Of a stretch of 53,726 nt of DNA, positions 8,369-17,660 are shown piece after piece. Both the position numbers and the translations under genes were made by a program. The notes under the pieces are model-generated. The model ran no database searches. It was not told the origin of the DNA and was given only the letters and a program-made list of their open reading frames with translations. The first letter of the stretch is position 1, and the number at the start of each line of letters is the position of its first letter. This DNA is from Planctomycetota bacterium. GTDB taxonomy: Bacteria > Planctomycetota > GCA-002687715 > DRQF01. The stretch lies in NCBI GenBank assembly GCA_036479435.1, contig JAZGFI010000001.1, forward strand, positions 1 through 53,726, written 5' to 3'.

Positions 8369-8636
8369 TGATTCTCCTTTTGCTGGTACGAGCCTGAGGT
8401 GATTCTGGGGAAGATAGCTATAATCGGACCGCAATCGAAACGCGTCGTCATGCCGAAACAGACTTGATGCTGTGGTTCCCGAAGACCAAATTCCCTGACC
8501 TAAATTTCCCATCAATTCCAGCTTACCACGAGCGGCCGAAGCTGGAATCCCGAAGACCAAATCCACCGATCGGAACTACCATCGCCTCCGGCTTACTACC
8601 GGCGATCCAAGCCAGCCGAAGAGCGAAACCAAGGAG

Positions 8637-9011
8637 TTAGTCAATCACGAAAAACAGATTGCCGTTGTTAGATCCGTCAGACGTGTTGCCTTCTTTGAAG
8701 CGCAAAGTGCGCTGGTGCCAGGGTTGTCCTGCCCACTGATCCCACACCAATAATCCCGAGGGAGTCTCTCTGATGAGAACGCCCGCGTGTTTCCAATATC
8801 TTCCGTTCTTAAAGGAAGCAATGGCGGTGCCCGCCGGAATGCTGTTGCCTTTGACTTGCTTCCCCTTTTTCCAGGTCGACGTTAACCCCAAGGGCTTACC
8901 CGCCTCGCTGAAAACCAACTGGAGGCCAGCTGCACATTCGCCTTTGTAGGGTGCGTAACCGAGGACTTTGTCTTTGTATTTCGCAGCGTGCGCAAGTGAA
9001 ACAGATTTCAC
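8637..9011 (-). CDS. BPSL0067/Tae2-like peptidoglycan amidase effector (Cys-His, NlpC/P60-like)
   Basis: Motifs GECAA (Cys), TSTWKKG..V, GTAIASF.NG.Y..HAG (His), VWDQW and SNNG..F.VI. GTG start with an AGGAG RBS. Located downstream of hcp. Confidence 0.85.
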   Translation of the reverse strand: MKSVSLAHAAKYKDKVLGYAPYKGECAAGLQLVFSEAGKPLGLTSTWKKGKQVKGNSIPAGTAIASFKNGRYWKHAGVLIRETPSGLLVWDQWAGQPWHQRTLRFKEGNTSDGSNNGNLFFVID

Positions 9012-9392
9012 AGGAGTACTCCTAAAATGGAGGGCTTAAACCCTAGCTTGATCGCAGTCTTCCTTGGAATCGCGGCCAGCGCTCAAACGTCGCTCGCTTC
9101 ATCGCATGTGCCGAAGCCCACTTCGTAGGCAACGACTTGTTTACGTCTTCGGTTGCAACATCTCTTTGACCATAGGCTCCGTTTCAGCCCGGCGCAGCGC
9201 GGTTCTCAAGAAGTGGCAAGATGTTAGGCACCTAGTAGGCAACCAAAACCGCATTGAGAACCGCGCGCCCGAATCTTGCTTTGATCATGACATGAGTCCG
9301 TTATCGGACGATCGTGAACGCTGTCGCGCAATCTCAACTTCTTGAAGTCGTTTATCGCCTTGCCAAACCAGTGATCTTCGGTGCAACATCGG

Positions 9393-9428
9393 CCGCCGGT
9401 TCACGCAGAAGGCGGCGTGAGCCGGCGG
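9393..9428. terminator. GC-rich stem-loop just downstream of hcp (terminator or mRNA-stabilising hairpin)
   Basis: CCGCCGGTTCACGC-8 nt-GCGTGAGCCGGCGG, 13/14 complementary, 7 bp beyond the hcp stop. There is no clear U-tract. Confidence 0.5.
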
Positions 9429-9435
9429 TGTGGTC

Positions 9436-9915
9436 TTAGCCTTCGCCCGGGTTGTACTGAGCGATGATCTCGCCTTGCTCGGAGCCGTCTTTCGGGTCGA
9501 TGACGGTGAAGGTCCAGTCGATCTTTTCGAAGTTGTAGGCGACCGCTTCGTGGGCGCCCTTGTTGCTTTCGGACTCACCATCGATTGTGTGCTCGGTGAT
9601 GATGACGTTGAAGAGCTTGTACTTGAGGAAGGGAATCACCTTTTCGTTCTGCACGTTGCAGAGGTGGATTTCGACTTCCGGGATGTACTTGCCTTTGGCG
9701 CAGGCTTCGGCGAGCTTGACGGTTGACTTGTCCACGCGGCGGGTCGTGAAGAGGTTGCCAAGGGTCGTGGTGCCCTGGGTGCGCTCGACATCGACGGCAC
9801 CTTCTTTGATGACGCGGTGGATGGGCGACGACACTGAGGAGACAAGAATCCAATCCTTGTGGTCTTTGTCGGTGGCTTGTCCGGGGATGCCTTCGATGCG
9901 CATGAATGTCTTCAT
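9436..9915 (-). CDS. hcp: T6SS tube protein Hcp/TssD
   Basis: MKTFMRIEGIPGQATDKDHKDWI..S..., VDKSTVKLAEAC..G..I, YKL.NVII, E.V..NFEKI.W. Start re-called at 9915 after an AGGAG RBS (159 aa). Confidence 0.95.
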   Translation of the reverse strand: MKTFMRIEGIPGQATDKDHKDWILVSSVSSPIHRVIKEGAVDVERTQGTTTLGNLFTTRRVDKSTVKLAEACAKGKYIPEVEIHLCNVQNEKVIPFLKYKLFNVIITEHTIDGESESNKGAHEAVAYNFEKIDWTFTVIDPKDGSEQGEIIAQYNPGEG

Positions 9916-10013
9916 GATTCTTCTCCTGATTAGGTTGCCTGTCGGCAACTGATTTCGCCTTGTGAGTTCGGATACATTCTCGGGGCACTTAGCAAAAAGT
10001 TGCCTCGAAACTT

Positions 10014-12122
10014 CTAATTGAGATCAATTACTGATCCGTTGATCTTCACGGGACCCGAGGCGTCGATCGAAATCTCGGTGCCTTTGATAGTGATCTTGCC
10101 TGATTTGTCCATCGTCAACTTGCTGCTTCCGCAGGTGAACTCGATGGAACTTCCGACGTCGACCTTCTTAGTAAAGCCCACCTGCTCGGACTGCAAGCCG
10201 CCGACGATGGTGTTCATCGCGGCCCCGACATTGACGCTGTAGGCGGCGCCGATATTGAGCGCCTTGGCGGCGCCGATGGACTCAGCCGCCATGAGACCAA
10301 CGGTGACGGTTTTGTTGCTGCCGACGCTTTCGGAGGCGTTTGAGCCTACATCGACCGTGAGGTTGCTTCCGACCGAAAGAGAGTCGTTGGAGCCGACTTT
10401 GTGTGAGCGGTTGGATCCAATCGACACCTCTTCGTCGACGCCTACGTCTTCGGTCCGGTTGTTGCCGATCGTACGCTTTTCGTCGTTGCCGACCGTGTCG
10501 GTGCGGTCATTACCAACGCTGTTGGTCTCGTCGTTCCCCACGGTATCCGTGCGGTCGTTGCCGACATTGTGGATTTCGTTGTGCTGGGCCTTGATAAAGA
10601 GGCCTTCAGCGCCACCGGCGTCGTTCATGGTGATTTCATTGTGGCCGCCACTGCCGCCCAAGCTGTTTGACCGCAGCGTTGTCATCATCGCGGCTTGCAC
10701 GCTATCCGTTGGCGGAGGACCGTCTTCTGGCGGGCGGCCAGCGTTGGATGTAGGCGGTGGATTGACCTCGTTGTAGACACTGCCCATGACGAGCGGTTGA
10801 TCGGGATCGCCCTCGAGGAAGTGCACAAGGACTTCATGTCCGATACGGGGAAGAGCTACCGTGCCCCATCCCTTGCCTGCGGTCATCTGAGCTACGCGAA
10901 TGAAACAAGAGCTATCTTGATCGCGGCCAGAGGCCCGATCCCAGTGAAACTTGACTTTGATGCGCGCGTAGGTGTCCGTGTGAATCTCTTCGCCCGGTGG
11001 GCCTACGACTTCGGCGGTTTGCGCGCCGTGAATGCGAGGGCGCGGCGTCCGAGTTGCCGGAGGCCGGTAGACCACTTCTTTCGGGATACAAACCGCGTGG
11101 TTGATGTAAAGCTGATCCGGAGTTTCTCCGCCAGCCACGAACTGACCGGGCTGTTGCGCTTCATGCTCGACTTCGACAACGAGGTAGGATTTATTCGATT
11201 CTGCAGCGGAGTTGTGCTCGGTTAGTTCAAACCAGCCCCCGGCAGTCCATGAACGACAAAAGCCGGAGGCTCTGACGGTTTCGTAGGCCGCATCATGAGC
11301 CTCTTGGCGGATTCGCGCGAGCGAATCGCCTGCCCCGGCATCGAGGAAGAGGCCTGGGTAGTCATACAGTTCGAGGTTCTTGATTTCGGGCACATCCAGG
11401 ATCGAGGTGGAATCAGCGCTTAGATTACGAACCCCTTCACCAAGCTTGAAGTTGTAGTCCGCATGCGCGCTGACACCTGTTTGCAGATCGTAGCCATGAA
11501 CCCACTTGCGCAGGTCGTCTGCGGTATCGGGCCGCCCTTCTGGAGCGGGCTTCGAAGCCGTCGGCTCAATACAGCGCTCGTAGGCTTCCGCGTGGTCAGC
11601 AAAGACCATCGTGTGAGCACCGTCTTCATGCCTGAAGAAGTAGAAGATGCCCTCCTCCTCCAACAAGCGCGAAACAAACGCAAAGTCGGATTCACGGTAC
11701 TGAACGCAGTACTCGCGCTCGCGATAGGCCTGCTGCAGGCCTGCGAGATCGAAACGAGCAAAGGGAAGCTCGCCGAAAACTTTGCGAACAATATCGACCA
11801 CGGTGTCTTTTTGGAAAATACGGCAGTCGTGACTTTTTTGGAGAAACCAAGCCCAAGGAACCACTCGGGCGTGGTAGATGCTGAACCGATCGCCGGTTCC
11901 CCGAAACTCGAATCCCGCGACATGCCCGTGAAACGCGCGCTCGCTGCCATCTTTACACCGCAGAGCAACGGTGACTCCGTGCCCAAGAATCGTTCTGGCA
12001 TCAATTGCAGGATCTTCAGAAATGAGCCCAAGCTCGAACTCGAAGAGTTCAGAGATGGCCTCGCGACCTTTGAAGGAGACGATTTCTAAGTTGTCACCGA
12101 GGGGCGATGTAAAACAGATCAT
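10014..12122 (-). CDS. vgrG: T6SS spike protein VgrG/TssI with gp5 C-terminal repeats
   Basis: GREAISELF, REYCVQYRESDFAFVSRLLEEEGIFYFF, QTAEVVGP.GEEIHTD.Y.RIKVKFHWDR and LPRIGHEVLVHFLEGDPDQP, followed by 8-residue VG.N repeats. Confidence 0.97.
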   Translation of the reverse strand: MICFTSPLGDNLEIVSFKGREAISELFEFELGLISEDPAIDARTILGHGVTVALRCKDGSERAFHGHVAGFEFRGTGDRFSIYHARVVPWAWFLQKSHDCRIFQKDTVVDIVRKVFGELPFARFDLAGLQQAYREREYCVQYRESDFAFVSRLLEEEGIFYFFRHEDGAHTMVFADHAEAYERCIEPTASKPAPEGRPDTADDLRKWVHGYDLQTGVSAHADYNFKLGEGVRNLSADSTSILDVPEIKNLELYDYPGLFLDAGAGDSLARIRQEAHDAAYETVRASGFCRSWTAGGWFELTEHNSAAESNKSYLVVEVEHEAQQPGQFVAGGETPDQLYINHAVCIPKEVVYRPPATRTPRPRIHGAQTAEVVGPPGEEIHTDTYARIKVKFHWDRASGRDQDSSCFIRVAQMTAGKGWGTVALPRIGHEVLVHFLEGDPDQPLVMGSVYNEVNPPPTSNAGRPPEDGPPPTDSVQAAMMTTLRSNSLGGSGGHNEITMNDAGGAEGLFIKAQHNEIHNVGNDRTDTVGNDETNSVGNDRTDTVGNDEKRTIGNNRTEDVGVDEEVSIGSNRSHKVGSNDSLSVGSNLTVDVGSNASESVGSNKTVTVGLMAAESIGAAKALNIGAAYSVNVGAAMNTIVGGLQSEQVGFTKKVDVGSSIEFTCGSSKLTMDKSGKITIKGTEISIDASGPVKINGSVIDLN
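10297..10570 (-). repeat. Coding 8-aa gp5-type repeats in VgrG (approximate bounds)
   Basis: NVGNDRTDTVGNDETNSVGNDRTDTVGNDEKRTIGNNRTEDVG...VGSN periodicity of 24 nt. Confidence 0.85.
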
Positions 12123-12331
12123 GGGCTTCTCTCGCCTGAGGAACCTCTATTCTCCCCCAACTTGCCTCAAAGTTGCCTACTTTTTTGCAAGTTGTTTCGT
12201 TGGAGACTGACATTCGACGAACGTACCGGCTGAGTGAGAAAACGTCCTTTTCGACAAAAACCAAGCAAGTTCTTGGCAAACCTCCGGAGAATCAAGGGGG
12301 AAAAGCGCAGCATCGGGGAAAGCTCAAGGAA

Positions 12332-13285
12332 ATGGACGTGTTGTCATCGCGCAGTAAACAGCTAGAAGTTTCGACCTACGGGAAACTCCCCTGTTACGAG
12401 GACTTCCTGCAGATTGGCCGGAGGGACGGACGGGAATTCGTCACTTGGCTCAGCGCTGGCATGAAAGAACTGCACCTCCGTGGCCGTCAGATGGCGGAAG
12501 TCCCCTGGTTCGTTCAGCTCCAATTTGATTCCAAACAGATCGTGAGTGGCTGCTTTCGACAAAGCGAGGATCGGCGAGGACGCAGGTTTCCCTTTGCCGC
12601 TTGGACGACCTTTCCGAAGAAATTGCTCTCGAAGCTAAGGTCCGAAGGGGTGATACGTCAAAGCTCGGTTTGGGAATCGTTGCGAAGCACAACCCTTGAA
12701 CTCACAGGATCGTCAGATCAGCACGACTTTGAAACGCGAGCTTCGATGGCTGAAGTCCAGTGGGACCCGGAGGAGTCCGTTGCGCACTTTGAGGCGACTG
12801 AAATCACTCTGCGCGACCTATTCTCGGATGGGGAACAAAACGAATCCTGGCAGGCAGCCTTGGGCCGGTTGGTATGCGATCTTCGTTACGCCACAACGAC
12901 TGTGCAGAACCTAAAGATCGATGCCGAGCTCTTGCCAGCCATTGCGATTCCCCTGCGCCCACTCCTCCCTACGGTCGAGCAAGTGGCCTTCTGGCTAAAA
13001 TTTCTTGAGAAAAACGCCATGCTGCATTCTAAGAGCCCCACATACTCGTTGGCGATTCCACAGAAGGCACCGGGCCACGCTTGGTTGTTTCCTCGGGTGC
13101 CTGTCGCCGCGGACTTGGCGCTCCTTGATCAAGCCCCAACGCGTTGCCTGTCATTCGACCCCGAAGGAGAGGATTCGAGATCCTCAGAAGAGCTTGCGTG
13201 GGTCACGAAAAACTTGTCAAAAACGCTTAGCGACGAATCCACACTCGAAACCTTGGCAGAGACTCAACTAACCCTGAATCCATAG
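12332..13285 (+). CDS. tagF: T6SS-associated TagF/ImpM (DUF2094) family protein
   Basis: YGKLP...DFL, F..WL..G and G...QSEDRRGRRFPF are the TagF signature. Start re-called at ATG 12332 after AAGGA. Confidence 0.8.
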   Translation: MDVLSSRSKQLEVSTYGKLPCYEDFLQIGRRDGREFVTWLSAGMKELHLRGRQMAEVPWFVQLQFDSKQIVSGCFRQSEDRRGRRFPFAAWTTFPKKLLSKLRSEGVIRQSSVWESLRSTTLELTGSSDQHDFETRASMAEVQWDPEESVAHFEATEITLRDLFSDGEQNESWQAALGRLVCDLRYATTTVQNLKIDAELLPAIAIPLRPLLPTVEQVAFWLKFLEKNAMLHSKSPTYSLAIPQKAPGHAWLFPRVPVAADLALLDQAPTRCLSFDPEGEDSRSSEELAWVTKNLSKTLSDESTLETLAETQLTLNP

Positions 13286-16200
13286 TTTTGGAATCTCAAA
13301 CCCACTCTTCTTTTGTTCGGCCGCAAACTTTCCAAGCCCAACAACCAAGGTGATTGACCCGGTCTTTACTGTCTTCTTCCTTGTTGTCGGGTCTGTTGTG
13401 GTCCATGTTCCCGCCAGCGTTCTCCTGAATCGCGTACCGCCCAAGCTCTTGCTTCCCTCAATGAACCGCAACAGAGCGAGCCGCCCGCCAGGCACTTTGA
13501 GCTGCTGAAAATTCCCTTTCCGGCTATCATATTCTAGGGTTTCAAACGACGCTTGTCTCCAGTTGGTTAGCTTGATGGTTGCTCCCTTTCTCTTCTTTGG
13601 TCCTTTATCCTCCCAATCTCGTGTCATTTGGCCCTTCGAGTACCGCGTCAACTGCAAGTCGCCAGATTCAGGGAGATTTCTGAAATCGAAATAGGTTGTT
13701 TGCTTGGACAGATCGTCATCACCTCCAACCGCCTCGATCCAAAGCCTGCCTTCAATGGTGCGACCTTGATTGCCCTTCAACAAAAACGACAGCGCAGAGA
13801 GATATCCTATCCGTCTTTCGCCTTTGGGATCATTGCTGGCGGCCCAATTTTCTCGTGAGTTTTTGGGAGTGTTGCCGAATGCTTGATCAAACAAAGTTAT
13901 TGCGGTCCTCAAAGCGATGGCTTCCTCCAGCGAAGCGTCTTGCACCGACGCCTGGGAGAACGGGAACTTCGAGGCCTTTCTCTGGACTTCAGTCCAAGCT
14001 GACCCAAGCGTATCGATCACTTCGCTCTTGGCTAACATCATGGTGCAACGCTTCGCCGAATTCAGGATCTGAGGCTCGATGCTCGCGAGCTCGCTGAAGA
14101 TCGGTACGTAAGTAGCGTAGGAGCTCGATTCGTCCGAATTGGGGCTGATAGCCTTCAAAAGCGTTCCAAAAGGCTGCACCGAATTATCCCCTGACCTGAT
14201 CGCCGATACGAAGCTCCCTGCTGCCAGCTTGATGCAACCCTCGTTCTTTTGAAGGTACTCCTCAATGACACCCGAAAACTGTCGATTTCCCGCGGCCGTC
14301 TCTTTTGCCCAAAGCTTGAGATACTGAGAGAGCTGCTTGGGGCGGCCGTCTCCTTTGCTCCCCAAGAGCCTCGCAACCTGCTCTTGCACGCTCGAGAACC
14401 AACTCGAATTTAGTTGCCCCTCCTTACACAGGAGATCGATTCTTCTCTCAACTTCCATGAACTCTGACTGCCACACCGACAGGTAGGGCCCGGTGGGGTT
14501 TGGAGAGGAGTCATCGGGATTCGGATCGCCACCAAGCCAAAAGGCATTCCAATCAGCTTCACGGTTATTCCGGGCCGTCGTTAAGGCATTGCTACTCTCT
14601 TCGAAAGCGGTCGCGAAAGAAGGGCTCTTGGTACGCCAGGCCTCAAACTGCGTATTAACTTTCTCAATCTGACTGATATTGGCGCCAAGAAGAGCAGTCG
14701 GTACCGAAGAGGGCGCGCCGCTTGCAGGTCCACCCAGAATCAAGGGCAGAGGCTTGATCTTTTTGGCCGCCTGGTGTCCCGAAAGACCTCCGACTATGAA
14801 CTTAACCGCTTTGTCTTTGATCAGGGACTTACGGATCAATGACAGCGCTTCCTCCTTGATGCTCGATTTCCCCATCGGGAATTTCTCGAAGAACTTTGCC
14901 GGCTCTCTTGCCAACTTAGATTCCCATTTTTCAAATGCTTCTGAGGCGAGTCCAAGGCGTTTCGCTGCGGTGCTGTTGAAGCTCCAAATCGGATTTATGG
15001 AAGCGTTAAGAAGTTCCAACCGCTTCGCCAGTTCCTTAGCCTTCTCTGTAGTTGACGCAGCAACGACGTAGTACCCTGACTTAATAGGCCTATCATCTTC
15101 CACGACCTCGGAACGCCACTTGAGGCAATCATTCTTGGGCGTCGGAGTCACGAGATTGAGGGCCAACAATCCTTCAAGACCCTCGATCCCAATCGAAAGC
15201 TCGGCGATGCCCTTGACCGACTTCATCCAATGTTTCTTGAGGCCGATTCGAGCCTCGTCGACTTCAAGAAACTGAACTTGGGGCTGCCTTAGCAGGAGGG
15301 CGTCCAGGACTTTCCGAGCTTCCTGATACCGTTCGTAACCCTGCTTCCATTCGCCGACCCAGCTCAACCAATTCTCGCGAACATCGGCTTCGTGTTCGCC
15401 CAATTCAGTCTTTGCTTTCGCCAATTCTTGGCCTGCATGAGCGATTCGCGCGTGCAACTGCACTGCGAAAAGACTTGGGTCGGATTCCTCCGCTTGAGTT
15501 GGCAATGCCAATTCCCAGACATTGTCGCGGGGTGCCGCCTCAGTAAGCCACTCCCATCGTTTCTTGATGGGGGCGATCGCAAGACCCGTAACCTCTTCGA
15601 ACTTGGAGTCAAAAATTAGGCTCGTGCGGTCACTTCCCCAAAAGCCATCCTCGTCTCCCTCGAATCTCAGCATCTCCGCTGCAACACCGATTCGATCCAC
15701 GGAACTACCAAGTCCCATGCTTTTCCGGAGTTCCTTGAGCGCATCAAAGCCAGCGCCCCCCTTACAGGCATTTAGGTAGGCCACCACTTGGCCAATACGC
15801 TTGGCAATCTCTTGACCTTTGACCCTCGCCCCTCCATCGCCGATCGAGGATTCGTGGCCTGCCGATGCCGCAAAAAATTGACCCTGTTTTTTGGTCGTCA
15901 AGCCCTCGCGAACTTGGGTGGCCATCTCACGCAAATAGAATTCATAAAAGACACTGTTGTGGGCACGTGCAAGATGCTTATGAAGTTTTTCAGTTAAGGG
16001 CTCGACCCGAAGAATGTCGCCATCACCAAGCCGACTGATAAGCCCTCTAAGCTTAGATTCTCCCTTTTCGTCCGGGGGTTCAACGTAGGCGAGCTTGCGC
16101 ATCAGTCTGTCGATTTTGACCTGGCGCGCGATAATCTTGTCAGCGTCGCTTTCGGTTCTCAATAGAGCTGTATTCAGACTCTTGATGGTCCCCTCAATTT

Positions 16201-17638
16201 CGCTCGCGTCATTTTCCCAAAGCCTCAAGAACAGCCATCCACCGAGCGCCAACATTCCAATCGTCAGCGCCACGTAGCCAAAGCGCGCGACGGTCTTGGC
16301 ACGACTAGAGCGCCGCTTCGTCGGACGCACCAAGCCGCGTTCCTTGAATATCTTCTTTTTGTAGAGGTCTTTGATGAACACGGACTTGCTGCCACTCACA
16401 CCCCGAAAGATCTGTGAAACTTGTGAGCTGTCGAATCCCTTTGGCAACATCTTTTCCATAACACTGCCCATGGCCGTGCCGTCTTGTTCGCCAGAAGTGA
16501 AATAGATGCCGCGCAGAAATGGCGGTTCATAGGACTCACCAAAAATGTTGGTGAGGTATCGCTCGACCTTCTTGGAGATGCCCGCCATCTCTTCGGGAAA
16601 CCCGAACAAGCGCTGAGTGGTGCCCTCGTCGTACTCGTTTTTCTGAAGGAACTTCAATCGCCACCGCCGAAGGTTGGCGACAATGCTTGCCATTGCACTT
16701 TCGATTTCCCCTTCCTCCAAGGGAGCGTCGCTCATTTCGTGGGGGCGAGACCATCCCAAGATTTGGTCGCGGTCGACGTTTTCTTGAAGGCAAAAATCTT
16801 GGAAACCCGCGATCATGTCGCACTTGGTAAAAACGATGTAGACCGGGAATCGAATCTGCAAACTCGCCTGAAAATCACTCAAGGCAGCGGCAATGATCCC
16901 GGCCTTCTTGGTCCGGACCTCGTCATCGTCTTCATTGTCGTCAAGACTTGTGCAGGGGATCGCAACGATAACCCCGTTGATTGGGCACTGCGGCTTGCAC
17001 TCACCCAATAGCTGAATGAAACGGCTCCATTCCGCTTGGCTCACCTGCGCGCTTTCAGGACTAGACTGCTCAACTTCGCCCAAGACATTTCGGTTGAGCC
17101 CGTGAAAAGACAGTCGCCCCGCCGTGTCCAGGATCACCGCATCTTTCGACAGATACCAATCGCAATCGACAGTTCCCGCTACCCCTTGGATCGCATCGAC
17201 CTGTCCGCCCACCGGCCGAAGAGCGCTATTCAGCATCTTTGTCTTGCCCGAAGATGGCTCGCCGATCAACGCATAAAAGGGCAACTCAGAGATATCAGCG
17301 CCCAGTTTTTGCGCGCGATCAAAGTGGCCTTTCCAATTCTTTTTGACGTCCGCGCGTGCCTCTCTTTCGAGAAGTTTGGTCTCAAGATTCTTCTGGCTAG
17401 TCTTTTTTCGGACTTTCCGGTAGATGCTGATAAAGACCAAAAGCCCGATAACGATGAGAGCCGCAAAAACAAAAAGAACCCCGACTTCCCAGCCCCACTT
17501 CATCGTTGCCAACACGGCACCGAGAGCCAGCAGTATCAAGAACACAAACAAACGCATTCCTGGGGGAAGATCCCAGAATGGTTTGATGAATCGGCTATAG
17601 AAATACCGAACCGTACTCGAGATTCCGAAAATATTCAC
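13268..17638 (-). CDS. tssM: T6SS membrane core TssM/IcmF, long form (1456 aa)
   Basis: Two N-terminal TM helices, LPFYALIGEPSSGKT (Walker A), CDWY...AVILDTAGR, PINGVIV, RFPVYIVFTKCD.I.GF, FLRGIYFTSG.Q.G, then a third TM and a long periplasmic part. Confidence 0.93.
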   Translation of the reverse strand: MNIFGISSTVRYFYSRFIKPFWDLPPGMRLFVFLILLALGAVLATMKWGWEVGVLFVFAALIVIGLLVFISIYRKVRKKTSQKNLETKLLEREARADVKKNWKGHFDRAQKLGADISELPFYALIGEPSSGKTKMLNSALRPVGGQVDAIQGVAGTVDCDWYLSKDAVILDTAGRLSFHGLNRNVLGEVEQSSPESAQVSQAEWSRFIQLLGECKPQCPINGVIVAIPCTSLDDNEDDDEVRTKKAGIIAAALSDFQASLQIRFPVYIVFTKCDMIAGFQDFCLQENVDRDQILGWSRPHEMSDAPLEEGEIESAMASIVANLRRWRLKFLQKNEYDEGTTQRLFGFPEEMAGISKKVERYLTNIFGESYEPPFLRGIYFTSGEQDGTAMGSVMEKMLPKGFDSSQVSQIFRGVSGSKSVFIKDLYKKKIFKERGLVRPTKRRSSRAKTVARFGYVALTIGMLALGGWLFLRLWENDASEIEGTIKSLNTALLRTESDADKIIARQVKIDRLMRKLAYVEPPDEKGESKLRGLISRLGDGDILRVEPLTEKLHKHLARAHNSVFYEFYLREMATQVREGLTTKKQGQFFAASAGHESSIGDGGARVKGQEIAKRIGQVVAYLNACKGGAGFDALKELRKSMGLGSSVDRIGVAAEMLRFEGDEDGFWGSDRTSLIFDSKFEEVTGLAIAPIKKRWEWLTEAAPRDNVWELALPTQAEESDPSLFAVQLHARIAHAGQELAKAKTELGEHEADVRENWLSWVGEWKQGYERYQEARKVLDALLLRQPQVQFLEVDEARIGLKKHWMKSVKGIAELSIGIEGLEGLLALNLVTPTPKNDCLKWRSEVVEDDRPIKSGYYVVAASTTEKAKELAKRLELLNASINPIWSFNSTAAKRLGLASEAFEKWESKLAREPAKFFEKFPMGKSSIKEEALSLIRKSLIKDKAVKFIVGGLSGHQAAKKIKPLPLILGGPASGAPSSVPTALLGANISQIEKVNTQFEAWRTKSPSFATAFEESSNALTTARNNREADWNAFWLGGDPNPDDSSPNPTGPYLSVWQSEFMEVERRIDLLCKEGQLNSSWFSSVQEQVARLLGSKGDGRPKQLSQYLKLWAKETAAGNRQFSGVIEEYLQKNEGCIKLAAGSFVSAIRSGDNSVQPFGTLLKAISPNSDESSSYATYVPIFSELASIEPQILNSAKRCTMMLAKSEVIDTLGSAWTEVQRKASKFPFSQASVQDASLEEAIALRTAITLFDQAFGNTPKNSRENWAASNDPKGERRIGYLSALSFLLKGNQGRTIEGRLWIEAVGGDDDLSKQTTYFDFRNLPESGDLQLTRYSKGQMTRDWEDKGPKKRKGATIKLTNWRQASFETLEYDSRKGNFQQLKVPGGRLALLRFIEGSKSLGGTRFRRTLAGTWTTTDPTTRKKTVKTGSITLVVGLGKFAAEQKKSGFEIPKLWIQG

Positions 17639-17660
17639 GTCGCGTTACCTGTCCGAGTGT

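Noticed and set aside
8369..8566. N-terminal extension of the 7952-8566 ORF
   Set aside because: A strong RBS precedes ATG 8368, and the extension runs through repeat-rich, probably regulatory DNA.
9991..10006. GGCAACTTTTTGC upstream of hcp as a sigma-54 promoter
   Set aside because: GG-to-GC spacing is 9 nt rather than the required 10.
10297..10570. Periodic DNA repeats as a possible CRISPR array or VNTR
   Set aside because: They are in-frame gp5-type 8-aa repeats inside vgrG, with no unique spacers and no cas genes.
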